Shown in pieces: positions 18,074-28,200 of a stretch of 64,000 nt of DNA (position 1 is its first letter; each line of letters opens with the position of its first letter). Source of the stretch: Bacillota bacterium (GTDB lineage Bacteria > Bacillota > UBA5301 > JAMCQP01). The notes beneath the pieces are model-generated. The model saw only the letters and a program-made list of their open reading frames with translations. It did no database searches and had not been told where the DNA came from. The translations under genes were made by a program, and so were the position numbers. The stretch lies in assembly GCA_023381695.1 (NCBI GenBank), contig JAMCQP010000083.1:5165-69164 (forward strand), read 5' to 3'.

Positions 18074-19816
18074 TCACCGCATGTAAGGAGCGTAGAGCAT
18101 CAGGGTGAGAAGGGTGTCGATCACCGCCAGAAAGGCCATCGTCGGCGGGATGGAGGCCAGCCGATTCTGGCCTCGGAGAAAGGCCACCCCGGCGGCCGCC
18201 AGGGCCACAAAAAACGCCGGGATCAGGTAAGAGGCCAGCGGCGTGGCCATCCAGCCGGGCATCATGGCCCGCACCGGAGGGGTGTAGATAAAATATTGCA
18301 TGCTCCAGAGCTTGGAAACCAGATAGACGGCCATGGCGACGCCCAGAACAATTCCCTGGTTCCTTTCCGCCCAGTTCAGGGCGAAGAAGTAGCAACCAAA
18401 GATCCAGATGAAGGTTGGCAACCAGGCGCCAACAATGTAAAAGAGCGCAAAAAAGATGGAAAACAGGTTGAGGAGCGAGTTTAACGCGGCGTTGGCAAAA
18501 TCGCCGCGGGCGAAGGAGTTCAGCGTGCGCTTGAAGCCGGCGGAGGTGGCCGCCATATTGATCTTGTACTGCCCAAAACCGGCGGTTTCCACCCAGCCGA
18601 GGTAGAATTCTTCCCCGCCGCGGATAATCCGTGGCTGAAACGAAGCTCCCGTGGCCTTGCTGGCCAGGCAGGCCTTTATGGGCTTTCCACCGGCAAAATC
18701 CACCACCACGATCTCCATCCCTGTTTTTGATCTGGTCTTGAAGACGTTGGCGGCCAGAGCGACCTTCAACACCTTGCCCTGCCCGCCGGCGGGGGAGGGA
18801 TTGGCGATGGATTTCACCACCATCTGGCTGGCCGTCTGTACCAGCCGCCAGTCGAAAGGCAATTTCGCGGGGGTCACTGCCGTGGCGGGCGGCCGGTCGA
18901 GCGGGAAGGAAAGGAAGAAGACGTTGGTTGCCGGGATGTACCGGCTGAAGGTCTCCTTGCCGAAGAATAGGTAGGCGTTCTTCTCATCCAGCCCGAGCTG
19001 GATATTTCCAAGGACGACGCTGCCGAGGGTGCTTATGGTGGAGACCCTGGCCACCTGAACCTCCTCTTTGGGCTCTTTGGGCTTTTCCTTGCGGGAGGAA
19101 CCGGCCTGGTCTTTGGGGGCCGGCCCGGTTACCGGCAGGCTGGCGTAGTAAAGATCGTAGTGGAAGAGCCCGCCCTTGGAAGCGGCGACCAGGTGAAGCC
19201 GCCCGCTCAAGTCGAACCTGGCGTCGAGGGATGCAACGGCCGGGATTTTGATGCCGGCGGCTTGTTCGAGGCGCGGCGCGTTGGTGTAAACGGAAACGCC
19301 GTTACCCGTGCCGATGAGAATGTAAGCCTTTTTGGCACGTGGATTGACCGCGGTGGCAAAAGCCGGGACGCCTGCCGCCAGGACCTCCCGTTGCTGCAAC
19401 TGGAGGTTGTTCAGATCGAGCAATCCCCGGTGGAGCATCCTGGTCTTGCCGTCGATCCAGAGGAGGTAGGACGGGTCGCCGGCGATGATCCGGGCGTTGC
19501 TTGCCAGGGGGAAAGGCAGTAGGGCGGTCTTCTTCAACTTGCCGTCCTTGCCCACCATCGCCACCTGCAGCCCCTCGCTCCGGGGCCAGGCCATGAGGAC
19601 GGTTCCGTCCGGGAGGAGATCGATGGCTACCTGGGTGTTGAGATCACCCATTCCCACCGTCAGGTGCTTGCTCCAGTCGGGGGAAGGGGGGGAGCCGGCG
19701 ATCTGAACCTCCTCCAGTAAGTGGTAACCCAGGATTGAGGCCATCATGACCAGCAGGGCCAGAATCCAGATCCGAAATTGACTCCCTCGGGGATCAAGGC
19801 TGGGGAACAAGGCCAT
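18074..19816 (-). CDS. Hypothetical membrane protein with large extracytoplasmic domain
   Basis: One N-terminal TM, ~400-aa beta-rich domain, ~5 C-terminal TMs; ATG 19816 with AGAAAGGTGG RBS. Confidence 0.8.
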   Translation of the reverse strand: MALFPSLDPRGSQFRIWILALLVMMASILGYHLLEEVQIAGSPPSPDWSKHLTVGMGDLNTQVAIDLLPDGTVLMAWPRSEGLQVAMVGKDGKLKKTALLPFPLASNARIIAGDPSYLLWIDGKTRMLHRGLLDLNNLQLQQREVLAAGVPAFATAVNPRAKKAYILIGTGNGVSVYTNAPRLEQAAGIKIPAVASLDARFDLSGRLHLVAASKGGLFHYDLYYASLPVTGPAPKDQAGSSRKEKPKEPKEEVQVARVSTISTLGSVVLGNIQLGLDEKNAYLFFGKETFSRYIPATNVFFLSFPLDRPPATAVTPAKLPFDWRLVQTASQMVVKSIANPSPAGGQGKVLKVALAANVFKTRSKTGMEIVVVDFAGGKPIKACLASKATGASFQPRIIRGGEEFYLGWVETAGFGQYKINMAATSAGFKRTLNSFARGDFANAALNSLLNLFSIFFALFYIVGAWLPTFIWIFGCYFFALNWAERNQGIVLGVAMAVYLVSKLWSMQYFIYTPPVRAMMPGWMATPLASYLIPAFFVALAAAGVAFLRGQNRLASIPPTMAFLAVIDTLLTLMLYAPYMR

Positions 19817-19897
19817 CAACCACCTTTCTGGCAACCTTTAACAATCCTCAATACTTATTATATAATTCGCGATTTCCCGGGGTATTCCTTGGAACTA

Positions 19898-19926
19898 TTG
19901 CCCCGGCCGGTGAAAATGGATATAAT
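19898..19926 (+). promoter_or_regulatory. sigmaA promoter of the mod/mob operon
   Basis: TTGCCC-N17-TATAAT. Confidence 0.55.
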
Positions 19927-20012
19927 TGAGCACAGGTGGGTATTGCACGCGGTGGGGATGGATATTGCACGCGGTGGAACCGATCAAGGCAACGGCGGAA
20001 GGTGCGGAGCTC

Positions 20013-20696
20013 ATGCCCGATCTTTTTCCTCTGTTTCTTTCATTCAAGGTGGCCACGCTGGCCACGGTAATCTCGCTGGCGCTGGGGATCGGGATTGCCT
20101 GGTTGCTGGCCCGGCGCCGGTTTCCGGGCAAAGATCTGCTGGACGCTCTGGTGACCTTGCCCATGGTCTTGCCGCCGACGGTCCTTGGTTATTATCTTCT
20201 GGTGATCATCGGGCGGCGGGGACCGATAGGCCGGCTTCTGGAAGAGACTTTCGGGATCACCCTGGTCTTCACGTGGCAGGCGGCGGTGATTGCGGCGGCG
20301 GTGGCGTCCGCTCCCCTGCTGATCAAAGCGGCCCGGGCCGCATTTGAAGGGGTGGATCGGCGCGTCGAGGACGCCGCCAGGACTCTCGGCCGGTCCGAAA
20401 TGGGCATCTTTTTGACGGTCACCGTCCCGCTGGCCTGGCGGGGGATCATGGCCGGAACGGTGCTGGCTTTTGCACGGGCTCTGGGGGATTTTGGGGCCAC
20501 CATCATGGTGGCGGGCAATATTCCCGGGAAGACCCAGACCATGCCGATTGCCGTCTATGATGCGGTGCTGGGGGATAACATGCCGCTGGCCAATCTTCTG
20601 GTGCTGGTTACCACCGTGGCGGCGGCGGCGGTCCTGATCGCCCTGAACCGGCTGGAGAGGTCGGCTTTTCAGCGGAACCGGCATGCGGGAGGGTGA
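20013..20696 (+). CDS. modB: Molybdate ABC transporter permease
   Basis: LPMVLPPTVLGYYLL, EDAARTLG, FARALGDFGATIMVAGNIPG.TQTMP. Confidence 0.93.
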   Translation: MPDLFPLFLSFKVATLATVISLALGIGIAWLLARRRFPGKDLLDALVTLPMVLPPTVLGYYLLVIIGRRGPIGRLLEETFGITLVFTWQAAVIAAAVASAPLLIKAARAAFEGVDRRVEDAARTLGRSEMGIFLTVTVPLAWRGIMAGTVLAFARALGDFGATIMVAGNIPGKTQTMPIAVYDAVLGDNMPLANLLVLVTTVAAAAVLIALNRLERSAFQRNRHAGG

Positions 20697-20754
20697 TTCG
20701 ATGCGGGAAGTTGGCCTGATGCAGGAAGTTGACCCGATGCTGGAGGTTGACCTG
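20683..20754 (+). repeat. 4 x 18-bp imperfect tandem repeat, each unit beginning with ATG
   Basis: Translates as MREGDS MREVGL MQEVDP MLEVDL at the modC start. Confidence 0.8.
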
Positions 20755-21915
20755 GAAAAGCGCCTGGACGGTTTCCAGCTTGCCGCGAAATTCCGGGCCG
20801 ACGCCCCTCTGGTGGCTTTATTCGGCCCATCTGGCTCCGGGAAGAGCCTCACCTTGCAGTGCATCGCCGGCCTGGTGCGGCCGGACCGGGGGCGCGTGGC
20901 GCTGGACGGCCGGGTGCTCCATGACAGCCGGCAAGGGGTCGATCTCCCTCCCCAGCGGCGGCGGATCGGTTATGTCTTCCAAAATTACGCGCTCTTTCCA
21001 CACCTTACCGTGGAACAGAATATCTGTTACGGCATCCACCGGCTTCCTCCCGGCGAAAAGCGGGAGAAGACGGGGATGCTGATGAAGCTCATGCGTCTGA
21101 ACGGCCTGGGCGACCGGTTTCCCGGCGAGCTTTCCGGCGGACAGCAGCAACGGGTGGCTATCGCGCGGGCGCTGGCGGTGGAGCCGCGGCTTCTCTTGTT
21201 GGACGAGCCTTTTTCGGCCCTGGACAGTGCGATCCGGGGCAAGCTGCACCGGGAACTCCTGCAGATCCGGGAGGAACTGGGGGTGGGGATGCTCCTGGTG
21301 ACGCACAACCTGGAAGAGGCCTACACTCTCAGCCGGGAAATGGTGGTCTATGACGCCGGAAAGGTGCTCCAGGCCGGCAGCCGGGAGGAGATCCTGCGCC
21401 GTCCCGCCAGCCGGACGGTGGCCCGGTTTACCGGCGCCAAGAATATCTTCACGGCGGTGGTGGACGAGGTTGTAACGCCCGGGTCCCCGGGCGGGACCGA
21501 AGGTTTCCTTACCCTCAATGAGGGGCATTTTTCGGTACATGCGCCCTATTATCCTTACCGGGTGGGGGATACCGTTGCCTTTTGCATCCGGCCGGAGGAG
21601 ATTATTCTGGTTCCGGCCGGGGAAGGCAAGCCGCCGGTCGGGGAAGGCCAGCTGCCCCAAGCGGATCGCCCGGCCGCAGAAAACCAGTTGGTTGGGGAAA
21701 ACCGGCTGGCCGGCCGGATTACGGGGGAGATCGCCCGCGGCAGCGCTTATACCCTTTTTTTCGCCCTCCAGAACGGGCTTTTCGGCCCCGGTGGCTATGA
21801 CCTGCAAATTGAAATTCCCTTTCATACTTATCACGAACTTGGCCTGGAGGAATTGAAGGATGGAGTGGCGTGGTTGCCCAGGCAGGCGGTTTATGTGATC
21901 GGGGGAGAGCCATGA
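20683..21915 (+). CDS. modC: Molybdate ABC transporter ATP-binding protein (start uncertain: 20683/20701/20719/20737)
   Basis: GPSGSGKS, LSGGQQQR, LLLLDEP; follows modB. Confidence 0.9.
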   Translation: MREGDSMREVGLMQEVDPMLEVDLEKRLDGFQLAAKFRADAPLVALFGPSGSGKSLTLQCIAGLVRPDRGRVALDGRVLHDSRQGVDLPPQRRRIGYVFQNYALFPHLTVEQNICYGIHRLPPGEKREKTGMLMKLMRLNGLGDRFPGELSGGQQQRVAIARALAVEPRLLLLDEPFSALDSAIRGKLHRELLQIREELGVGMLLVTHNLEEAYTLSREMVVYDAGKVLQAGSREEILRRPASRTVARFTGAKNIFTAVVDEVVTPGSPGGTEGFLTLNEGHFSVHAPYYPYRVGDTVAFCIRPEEIILVPAGEGKPPVGEGQLPQADRPAAENQLVGENRLAGRITGEIARGSAYTLFFALQNGLFGPGGYDLQIEIPFHTYHELGLEELKDGVAWLPRQAVYVIGGEP

Positions 21916-22538
21916 ATGCTGTAATACTGGCCGGGGGCCGCAATTCGCGGATCCAGACCAATAAGGCGCTGCTTCCAATCGGCGGGGTTCCGATTATCGA
22001 GCGCGGCATTGCGGTTTTAGGCCGGCTCTTTGACCAGATCCTCATCGTTACCAATAATTTTGCGGCATATGAGCACCTCGGCCTGAGGATGGCGGCGGAT
22101 GTCATTCCGGGGGAGGGCCCGTTAAGCGGCATTCATGCGGGCCTGACCGCCTCAGCTTCCTATTACAACTTCTTTGTGGCCTGCGATCTACCCTTTCTCG
22201 ATGAAAGGATCATCAGGCCGTTGATGGCGGCGGCGACCGATCCGGATGTGATCGTCCCAAGTTGGGCGGCCGGCCTTGAACCGATGCACGCCATTTACTC
22301 CAGGCGTTGCGTGCAGCCCATAGAAAGGACGCTTGCCCGGGGCCGGCACCGGGTGGTGGACTTCTACCCCGAGGTGAAGGTGGAGACGGTGGATGTCTCC
22401 CTCCTGAGCGCCGAGCTGGATCTGGGGATGTGCTTCATGAATGTCAACACCCGGGCGGACCTGGAGACGGCCGAGCAACTGGCGGCGCTTCAGGAACAAA
22501 CGCTCCAGGAACGGATCAGAAGGGGAGGAAGACGGTGA
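21912..22538 (+). CDS. mobA: Molybdenum cofactor guanylyltransferase
   Basis: ILAGGRNSRI..NKAL, GPLSGIHAGL, VACDLP, NVNT..DL. Confidence 0.92.
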   Translation: MNAVILAGGRNSRIQTNKALLPIGGVPIIERGIAVLGRLFDQILIVTNNFAAYEHLGLRMAADVIPGEGPLSGIHAGLTASASYYNFFVACDLPFLDERIIRPLMAAATDPDVIVPSWAAGLEPMHAIYSRRCVQPIERTLARGRHRVVDFYPEVKVETVDVSLLSAELDLGMCFMNVNTRADLETAEQLAALQEQTLQERIRRGGRR

Positions 22539-23098
22539 AGACGGTGAAAGCGATGAAGGCGAGGACGGCGGCACGGACGGCTCCGGCGCCGGTGAAACAT
22601 GCCCCCGTCATATCCTTTGTGGGCCGGTCCAACAGCGGCAAGACCACCCTTTTGGAGCGAATCATTCCCGAGCTGCGAGGGCGAGGTTTGCGGATCGCCA
22701 CCATCAAGCACGATGTCCATTCCTACGAGACGGACTGCCCGGGAAAGGACACCTGGAAGCATGCCCGGGCGGGGGCGGAGGTGGTGGTGCTCGCGGCGCC
22801 CGACCGGCTGACCAGTTTCCGGGCGCTGGACAGGGAGTGGAGCCTCGATGAGATTGCCTCAACCATCAGCGGGGTGGATCTGATCATCACGGAGGGCTAT
22901 AAGAGGGCGGATAAGCCCAAGATTGAGGTCTGGCGCGGCGATGAGGAGAAGAAACCCCTCTGCGGGCCGGCGGACCGGCTGATTGCCATTGCCAGCGACC
23001 GGCCGAGGCCGGGATTTGGCGTGCCCTGGTTTGATCTCGGGCAGCCCGCGGCCCTGGCGGACTTCATCTCGCAAGAGCTAAAGGCTGGAAGGCTGTGA
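22535..23098 (+). CDS. mobB: Molybdopterin-guanine dinucleotide biosynthesis protein B
   Basis: GRSNSGKTTL, IKHDVH, GKDTW.H..AGA, EGYK...PKIEV. Confidence 0.92.
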   Translation: MKTVKAMKARTAARTAPAPVKHAPVISFVGRSNSGKTTLLERIIPELRGRGLRIATIKHDVHSYETDCPGKDTWKHARAGAEVVVLAAPDRLTSFRALDREWSLDEIASTISGVDLIITEGYKRADKPKIEVWRGDEEKKPLCGPADRLIAIASDRPRPGFGVPWFDLGQPAALADFISQELKAGRL

Positions 23099-23167
23099 GT
23101 TGGTTTGGCTGGTTTGTGAGAATTTACGTTAGGGGATTTTGGGGCTCCGGAATGCAGTTTTTGGGGG

Positions 23168-23980
23168 GTGAAAGATATGAAGGTGGGGATTCTTCAATTT
23201 ACCCCGATTTTCGGGCAGGTACCAGGAAATATTTTCACAGTACAGAAGACTATCAGCCAGATTCAAGCAGATCTCGTGGTTTTGCCGGAATTATTCAACA
23301 CTGGCTATCAGTTTGTGACCAAGGAAGAAGTCGGTGAGCTTGCTGAGCCCGTTCCGAATGGATTTACCACGCAGCGCCTGGTGGAGATGGCCCAGAAAAA
23401 TGGGCTCTTTATCGTGGCTGGCCTGGCGGAACGGGACGGGGATCGGGTCTACAATTCCGCCGTGCTGGTGGGCCCGCGGGGTTTTGTGGGCGTCTACCGC
23501 AAGGCGCACCTCTTCTACGAGGAGAAGCTCTGGTTCGATCCAGGCGACGGCGAATTCCCGGTATTCGACATCGGCCCGGCGAAGATCGGCCTGATGATCT
23601 GCTTCGACTGGATCTTCCCCGAGGTCTCGCGCATCCTCGCCTTGCAGGGCGCCCAGGTCATTTGCCAGCCCGCCAACCTGGTTCTGCCCTACTGCCAGGG
23701 GGCCATGGTCACCAGGGCCATCGAAAACCGGGTCTTCACCGTCACCGCCAACCGGGTGGGGAACGAGCACCGGCAGGCCGATGAGGAGCTCCGGTTTACC
23801 GGGATGAGCCAGGTGGTGGATCCGAAAGGGCAGGTACTCTTCCGGCTTGGCGAAACCGAGGAAGCATTGCGGGTCGTCGAGATCGATCCCGCCCTTGCTC
23901 TGGATAAGAAAGCCACAAAATACAACCATGTCTTTGACGACCGCCGGGTGGATCTGTACGGGCGGCTGCGGCAAAGATAG
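23168..23980 (+). CDS. Carbon-nitrogen hydrolase (nitrilase superfamily)
   Basis: Catalytic triad motifs LPELF, YRKAHL and ICFDW.FPE. Confidence 0.92.
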   Translation: MKDMKVGILQFTPIFGQVPGNIFTVQKTISQIQADLVVLPELFNTGYQFVTKEEVGELAEPVPNGFTTQRLVEMAQKNGLFIVAGLAERDGDRVYNSAVLVGPRGFVGVYRKAHLFYEEKLWFDPGDGEFPVFDIGPAKIGLMICFDWIFPEVSRILALQGAQVICQPANLVLPYCQGAMVTRAIENRVFTVTANRVGNEHRQADEELRFTGMSQVVDPKGQVLFRLGETEEALRVVEIDPALALDKKATKYNHVFDDRRVDLYGRLRQR

Positions 23981-23992
23981 GCTGTCATAAAC

Positions 23993-24277
23993 ATGAACAT
24001 AGGTATCAAGGGCCAAATTGAAATTTCCAATGAGGACATAGTTGCAGCTTACAAGATCTTCTTCGATTCCTTTCCCAACCTGACCTTGATGGACGTTGGC
24101 AAAAAAGTCGCGGAAGATGCGGCCTCAATTAGCGCCATGTACAGGCTGGCCACCCCCGACGCAATACATATCGCTTCAGCCATGAGCCAGGGGGCAACCG
24201 CCTTCGTCACCAACGATCTCCGCCTCAAGAAGGTGGGTGGGGTGCGTATTTTGGCCTTTGATGATTTTGTTGAATAA
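23993..24277 (+). pseudogene. 5'-truncated PIN-domain (VapC-like) toxin
   Basis: Has the C-terminal PIN motifs (L.TPDAIHIASA, FVTND.RLK) but lacks the N-terminal xDT motif; no antitoxin upstream. Confidence 0.7.
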
Positions 24278-24312
24278 TTGGATCCTTATTTCTTTCGGAA
24301 CAGGATTGAGCG

Positions 24313-24900
24313 ATGAAGACAGTTGACCTTGTGCTGGCCTACGGGTTGCCCGCTGTATTTGCCGGGCTCGTGCTGGAATTTTTCGGGTTGCCGGTTCCCG
24401 GCGAAGAAGTCCTGCTCTTTGCCGGCGGCCTTGCCGCCACCGGGCGGCCGGGGTTGCTGCCCCTGATTCTGTTTGCCACGGCCGGCTCATTTGCCGGGTA
24501 CTGGCTGGCCTATGAGATTGGGAAACGCGTTGGGATTGAGCGTTTGATCAGATACGGGCGGTACGTCCGCATCAAGGAGGCGGAGTGGCACAAGGCCCAA
24601 TCCCTCTACGACCGCTACAGTGTGCCCCTGCTCCTGGGGAGCCGGTATATCATCGGTGTTCGACACCTTACTCCCTACCTGGCCGGTCTGGCCAACCTGC
24701 CCACCTTCAAGTTTCTTATGTATGACCTGGTGGGGTCGGTCCTATGGACGATTCCGTTGATTCTGATCGGAAGAAGTGTGGGCGCTCACTGGCGCGAGGC
24801 CGTCGGACTGCTCCACCGCTTTGGCCTGTTGGCGGCCGCCGGGTTGATGGTTCTAATCATGGCCTATCTGGTTTACCGGCGGCTGAAAGCAAAACGATAA
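24313..24900 (+). CDS. DedA family membrane protein
   Basis: LEFFGLPVPGE.VLLFAG and SRYIIGVRH...YLAG motifs. Confidence 0.9.
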   Translation: MKTVDLVLAYGLPAVFAGLVLEFFGLPVPGEEVLLFAGGLAATGRPGLLPLILFATAGSFAGYWLAYEIGKRVGIERLIRYGRYVRIKEAEWHKAQSLYDRYSVPLLLGSRYIIGVRHLTPYLAGLANLPTFKFLMYDLVGSVLWTIPLILIGRSVGAHWREAVGLLHRFGLLAAAGLMVLIMAYLVYRRLKAKR

Positions 24901-25052
24901 GACGGGAGGAGACGTCGTTTCATCTATTGCTTATCCCCATAATTTTGATATAATGGAATCACAACCCAGGACAGGGGATGCTGGAGGAGGTTCAGACAGC
25001 AAATCTATATTAAAGTGCGCCGGACTAAAAAGTGGATAACATGCTAAGTTGT

Positions 25053-25064
25053 GCAAACGATTGC
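25053..25064. promoter_or_regulatory. Putative LacI-family operator (cre/MalR-like)
   Basis: GCAAACGATTGC, a near-palindrome with central CG, upstream of the amylopullulanase. Confidence 0.5.
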
Positions 25065-25218
25065 TCAAATTAAGTTTGGCGATGGGTTGACGATAGGCTG
25101 CGGTCTTCCCCGTGTTTCCGGTCATGGAGGAACCGATTGGCCAAAACTGCGTTTCTTAGAAGGGGGTGGCAAACAAAGGTCAGGGCTTTTACAGAAAAAG
25201 ATTGGGGGAGGAGAAGAG

Positions 25219-28200
25219 ATGAACAGTTTTGCCACACATGCGGGCCGGCGCTGCCTCAATTCCCTGGGGCGCCGCAATTCCCTGGCGCTGATGCTGGCGA
25301 TCCTTCTGGCGGCGGCCTTGCCAATTTTACCACTGCCCGCCGCCGGAGCAGCCCAGGCGGCTTCTATCCATGCGGTCTTGGCCGGCAACCTGCAGACCGA
25401 GCTGGGGGCGCCCGGCGACTGGGATCCTGCCAACAACACCACCCTGATGAAAGATCCCAATGCCGACGGGATCTACACCTTTATGGGGTTTGTCCCGGCC
25501 GGCAACTGGGAGTACAAGGTGGCCTTAAACGGGAACTGGACGGAATCGTATCCGGCCAGTAACGTGACGCTGAGCGTTCCGGCGGGCGGGCTCACAGTTA
25601 CCTTCCGTTACAACGCGGCCACGCATGCCGTGGAGGATTCGGTCAACAACCCCGGCCTTCTGGCGGTGGTGGCCGGCTCCTTCCAGAGCGAACTGGGCGC
25701 GGCCGGCGATTGGAACCCGGCGGACACCACCACCCGCCTATCCGATCCGGACGGCGACGGGCTCTACACCTTCACCGCCAACATCCCCGCCGGCGCCTGG
25801 GAGTACAAGGTGGCCCTGGGCGGCGCCTGGAACGAATCCTACCCGGGAATGAACCGGATCTTGACCGTGCCGGCCGGCGGCCGCCAGGTCACTTTCCTCT
25901 ATTTTAGTAAATCCCATGTAGTCAAGGATTCGTTCAACGACCCGGATGTGGTCACGGCGGTGGTGGCCAGCGACGTCCAGCAGGAACTGGGCGCGGCCAG
26001 CGACTGGAACCCCGCGGACATGACCACCCAGATGACCGACAGCGACGGGGACGGCGTCTACACCTACCAGGCGGACCTGCCGAAGGGAAGCTGGCAGTAC
26101 AAGGTGGCTCTCCACGGCGCCTGGAGCGAGTCCTATCCTGGTTCAAACGTGGTGCTGAACGTCCCGGCGGACGGGACCATGGTGATCTTTACATACGACG
26201 CGAAGACCCATGTGGTCAAGGATTCCATCAACAACCCGGCGGTGGCCTCTCACGACAACGATATCTGGTGGAACGAGCTCAAGCATGACAGCCGCCAGGC
26301 TCTCTACCGGTCGCCCTTCGGGGCGGTCCCGACCGGGCAGCCGGTGACGCTCAGGGTTCAGACTGCCAGAGGGGATCTCACCGGCGCGCAGGTCCGGGTC
26401 TGGGACCAGATCCAGGCGCGCGAGGAGATCTATTCGATGCAGCCGGCCGGCACCGATCCAGACGGGCGGTTCGACTACTGGCAGGCGGTGATCCCGGCGC
26501 GCACCCAGCCCACCATCCTCTGGTACCGTTTCACCCTGGTGGACGGCACCAGACGGGCCTACTACGGCGACGACAGCAGCCGGGACGGCGGTGTGGGCGC
26601 GGTGACCGACTATCCAACGGATTATGACTACCAGATCACCGTCTACCAGGCCGGATTCACCACCCCGAACTGGATGAAGAATTCGGTGGTCTACCAGATC
26701 TTCCCGGACCGGTTTAACAACGGGGATCCCACCAACGATCCCAAACCGTCGGATCCCGATGTGCACGGGTGGCCGGTGGTCTTCAAGCAGTGGAATGATC
26801 TCCCGGAGCAGCCGCCGCATGGGCGGGACTTCTTCGGCGGCGACCTTGAGGGGGTCATAAGCAAGCTGGACTACCTGCAGAGCCTGGGGATCAAGGCGAT
26901 CTACTTCAACCCCATCTTCCAGGCGGCTTCCAACCACCTCTACGATACGACCGATTACAAGACCATTGATCCTTACTTCGGCGATCTGGCCACCTTTCAG
27001 CGCCTGGCGGCGGAGGCCGGCAAACGCGGCATCCGGCTGATCCTGGACGGGGTCTTCAACCATACCGGCAGCGACAGCCTGTACTTTGACAAGTACAGCC
27101 GCTACAATACCCTGGGGGCCTACGAGTCGCAGAGTTCGCCGTACTTTGACTGGTATACTTTCCGGCTCTGGCCCAACGACTACGAGAGCTGGTGGAACTT
27201 CGACACGCTGCCCAAGCTGCGCACCGACAACCCGGCGGTCCAGAACTTCATCTTCGGCGCGCCGGACAGCGTGGCCAGATACTGGCTGAATCAAGGATCG
27301 AACGGCTGGCGGCTGGATGTGGCCAACGAGGTGGCACATCCCTTCTGGCAGAAATTCCGGCCGGCGGTGAAGGCTACGCAACCCGACGCGGTGATCATCG
27401 GCGAGTTGTGGGAGGATGCTTCATCGTGGCTTCTGGGCGACGAATTCGACAGCACCATGAACTACCGCTTCCGCAACGCGGTGCTGGGCTTCTTTGCCGA
27501 CGGGACGCTGGATGCGGGGGCCTTCAACAACACCCTGGAGGCCATCCGGGAGGATTACCCGGCGGAGGCGTTCTACGCCGCCATGAACCTGGTGGATTCC
27601 CATGACACGGCGCGGATCCTCCGGCAGTTGCACGAGGACAAGGCTTTGTTGAAGCTGGTGGCGATCTTCCAGATGACCTATCCGGGGGCGCCCACCATCT
27701 ATTATGGCGATGAGGCGGGGATTACCGGCGGATCGGATCCGGATTCCCGGCGGACCTTCCCCTGGGGGGGGCGAGGACCAGGACCTTCTGGCCCACTATC
27801 AGAAGCTCGTCGCGCTCCGCAACGCCAACCCGGTCTTGCGGACAGGCAGCATTGAGCCCCTGCTGGCGGACAGCGCCAACGGGTATTACGTCTTCGGGCG
27901 CAAGGATGCGCAGAATGCCGCGGTGGTGCTGATCAACAACGGCGCCGCTGCTGGCGCAATCACGGTGAAGGTGGACGGACTCATCCCGGACGGCACGGTG
28001 CTCATCGACCAGTTGAACGGTGGCGCGGCCTATACCGTAACCGGTGGCCAGGTCGTGGTAAATGTCCCGGCCAAATGGGGCAGCGTGCTCATCACCCAGC
28101 CCGGACAGGATCTCCTGGCTCCGGCGGCACCAGTGGGGCTTGCCGCCACGGCCGGCAAGAGCCAGGTGAATCTGACCTGGACTGCAAACTCCGAACCTGA

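Noticed and set aside
25370..26240. Three ~290-bp repeated DNA blocks
   Set aside because: They are in-frame X25-like protein domain repeats, not CRISPR or mobile repeats.
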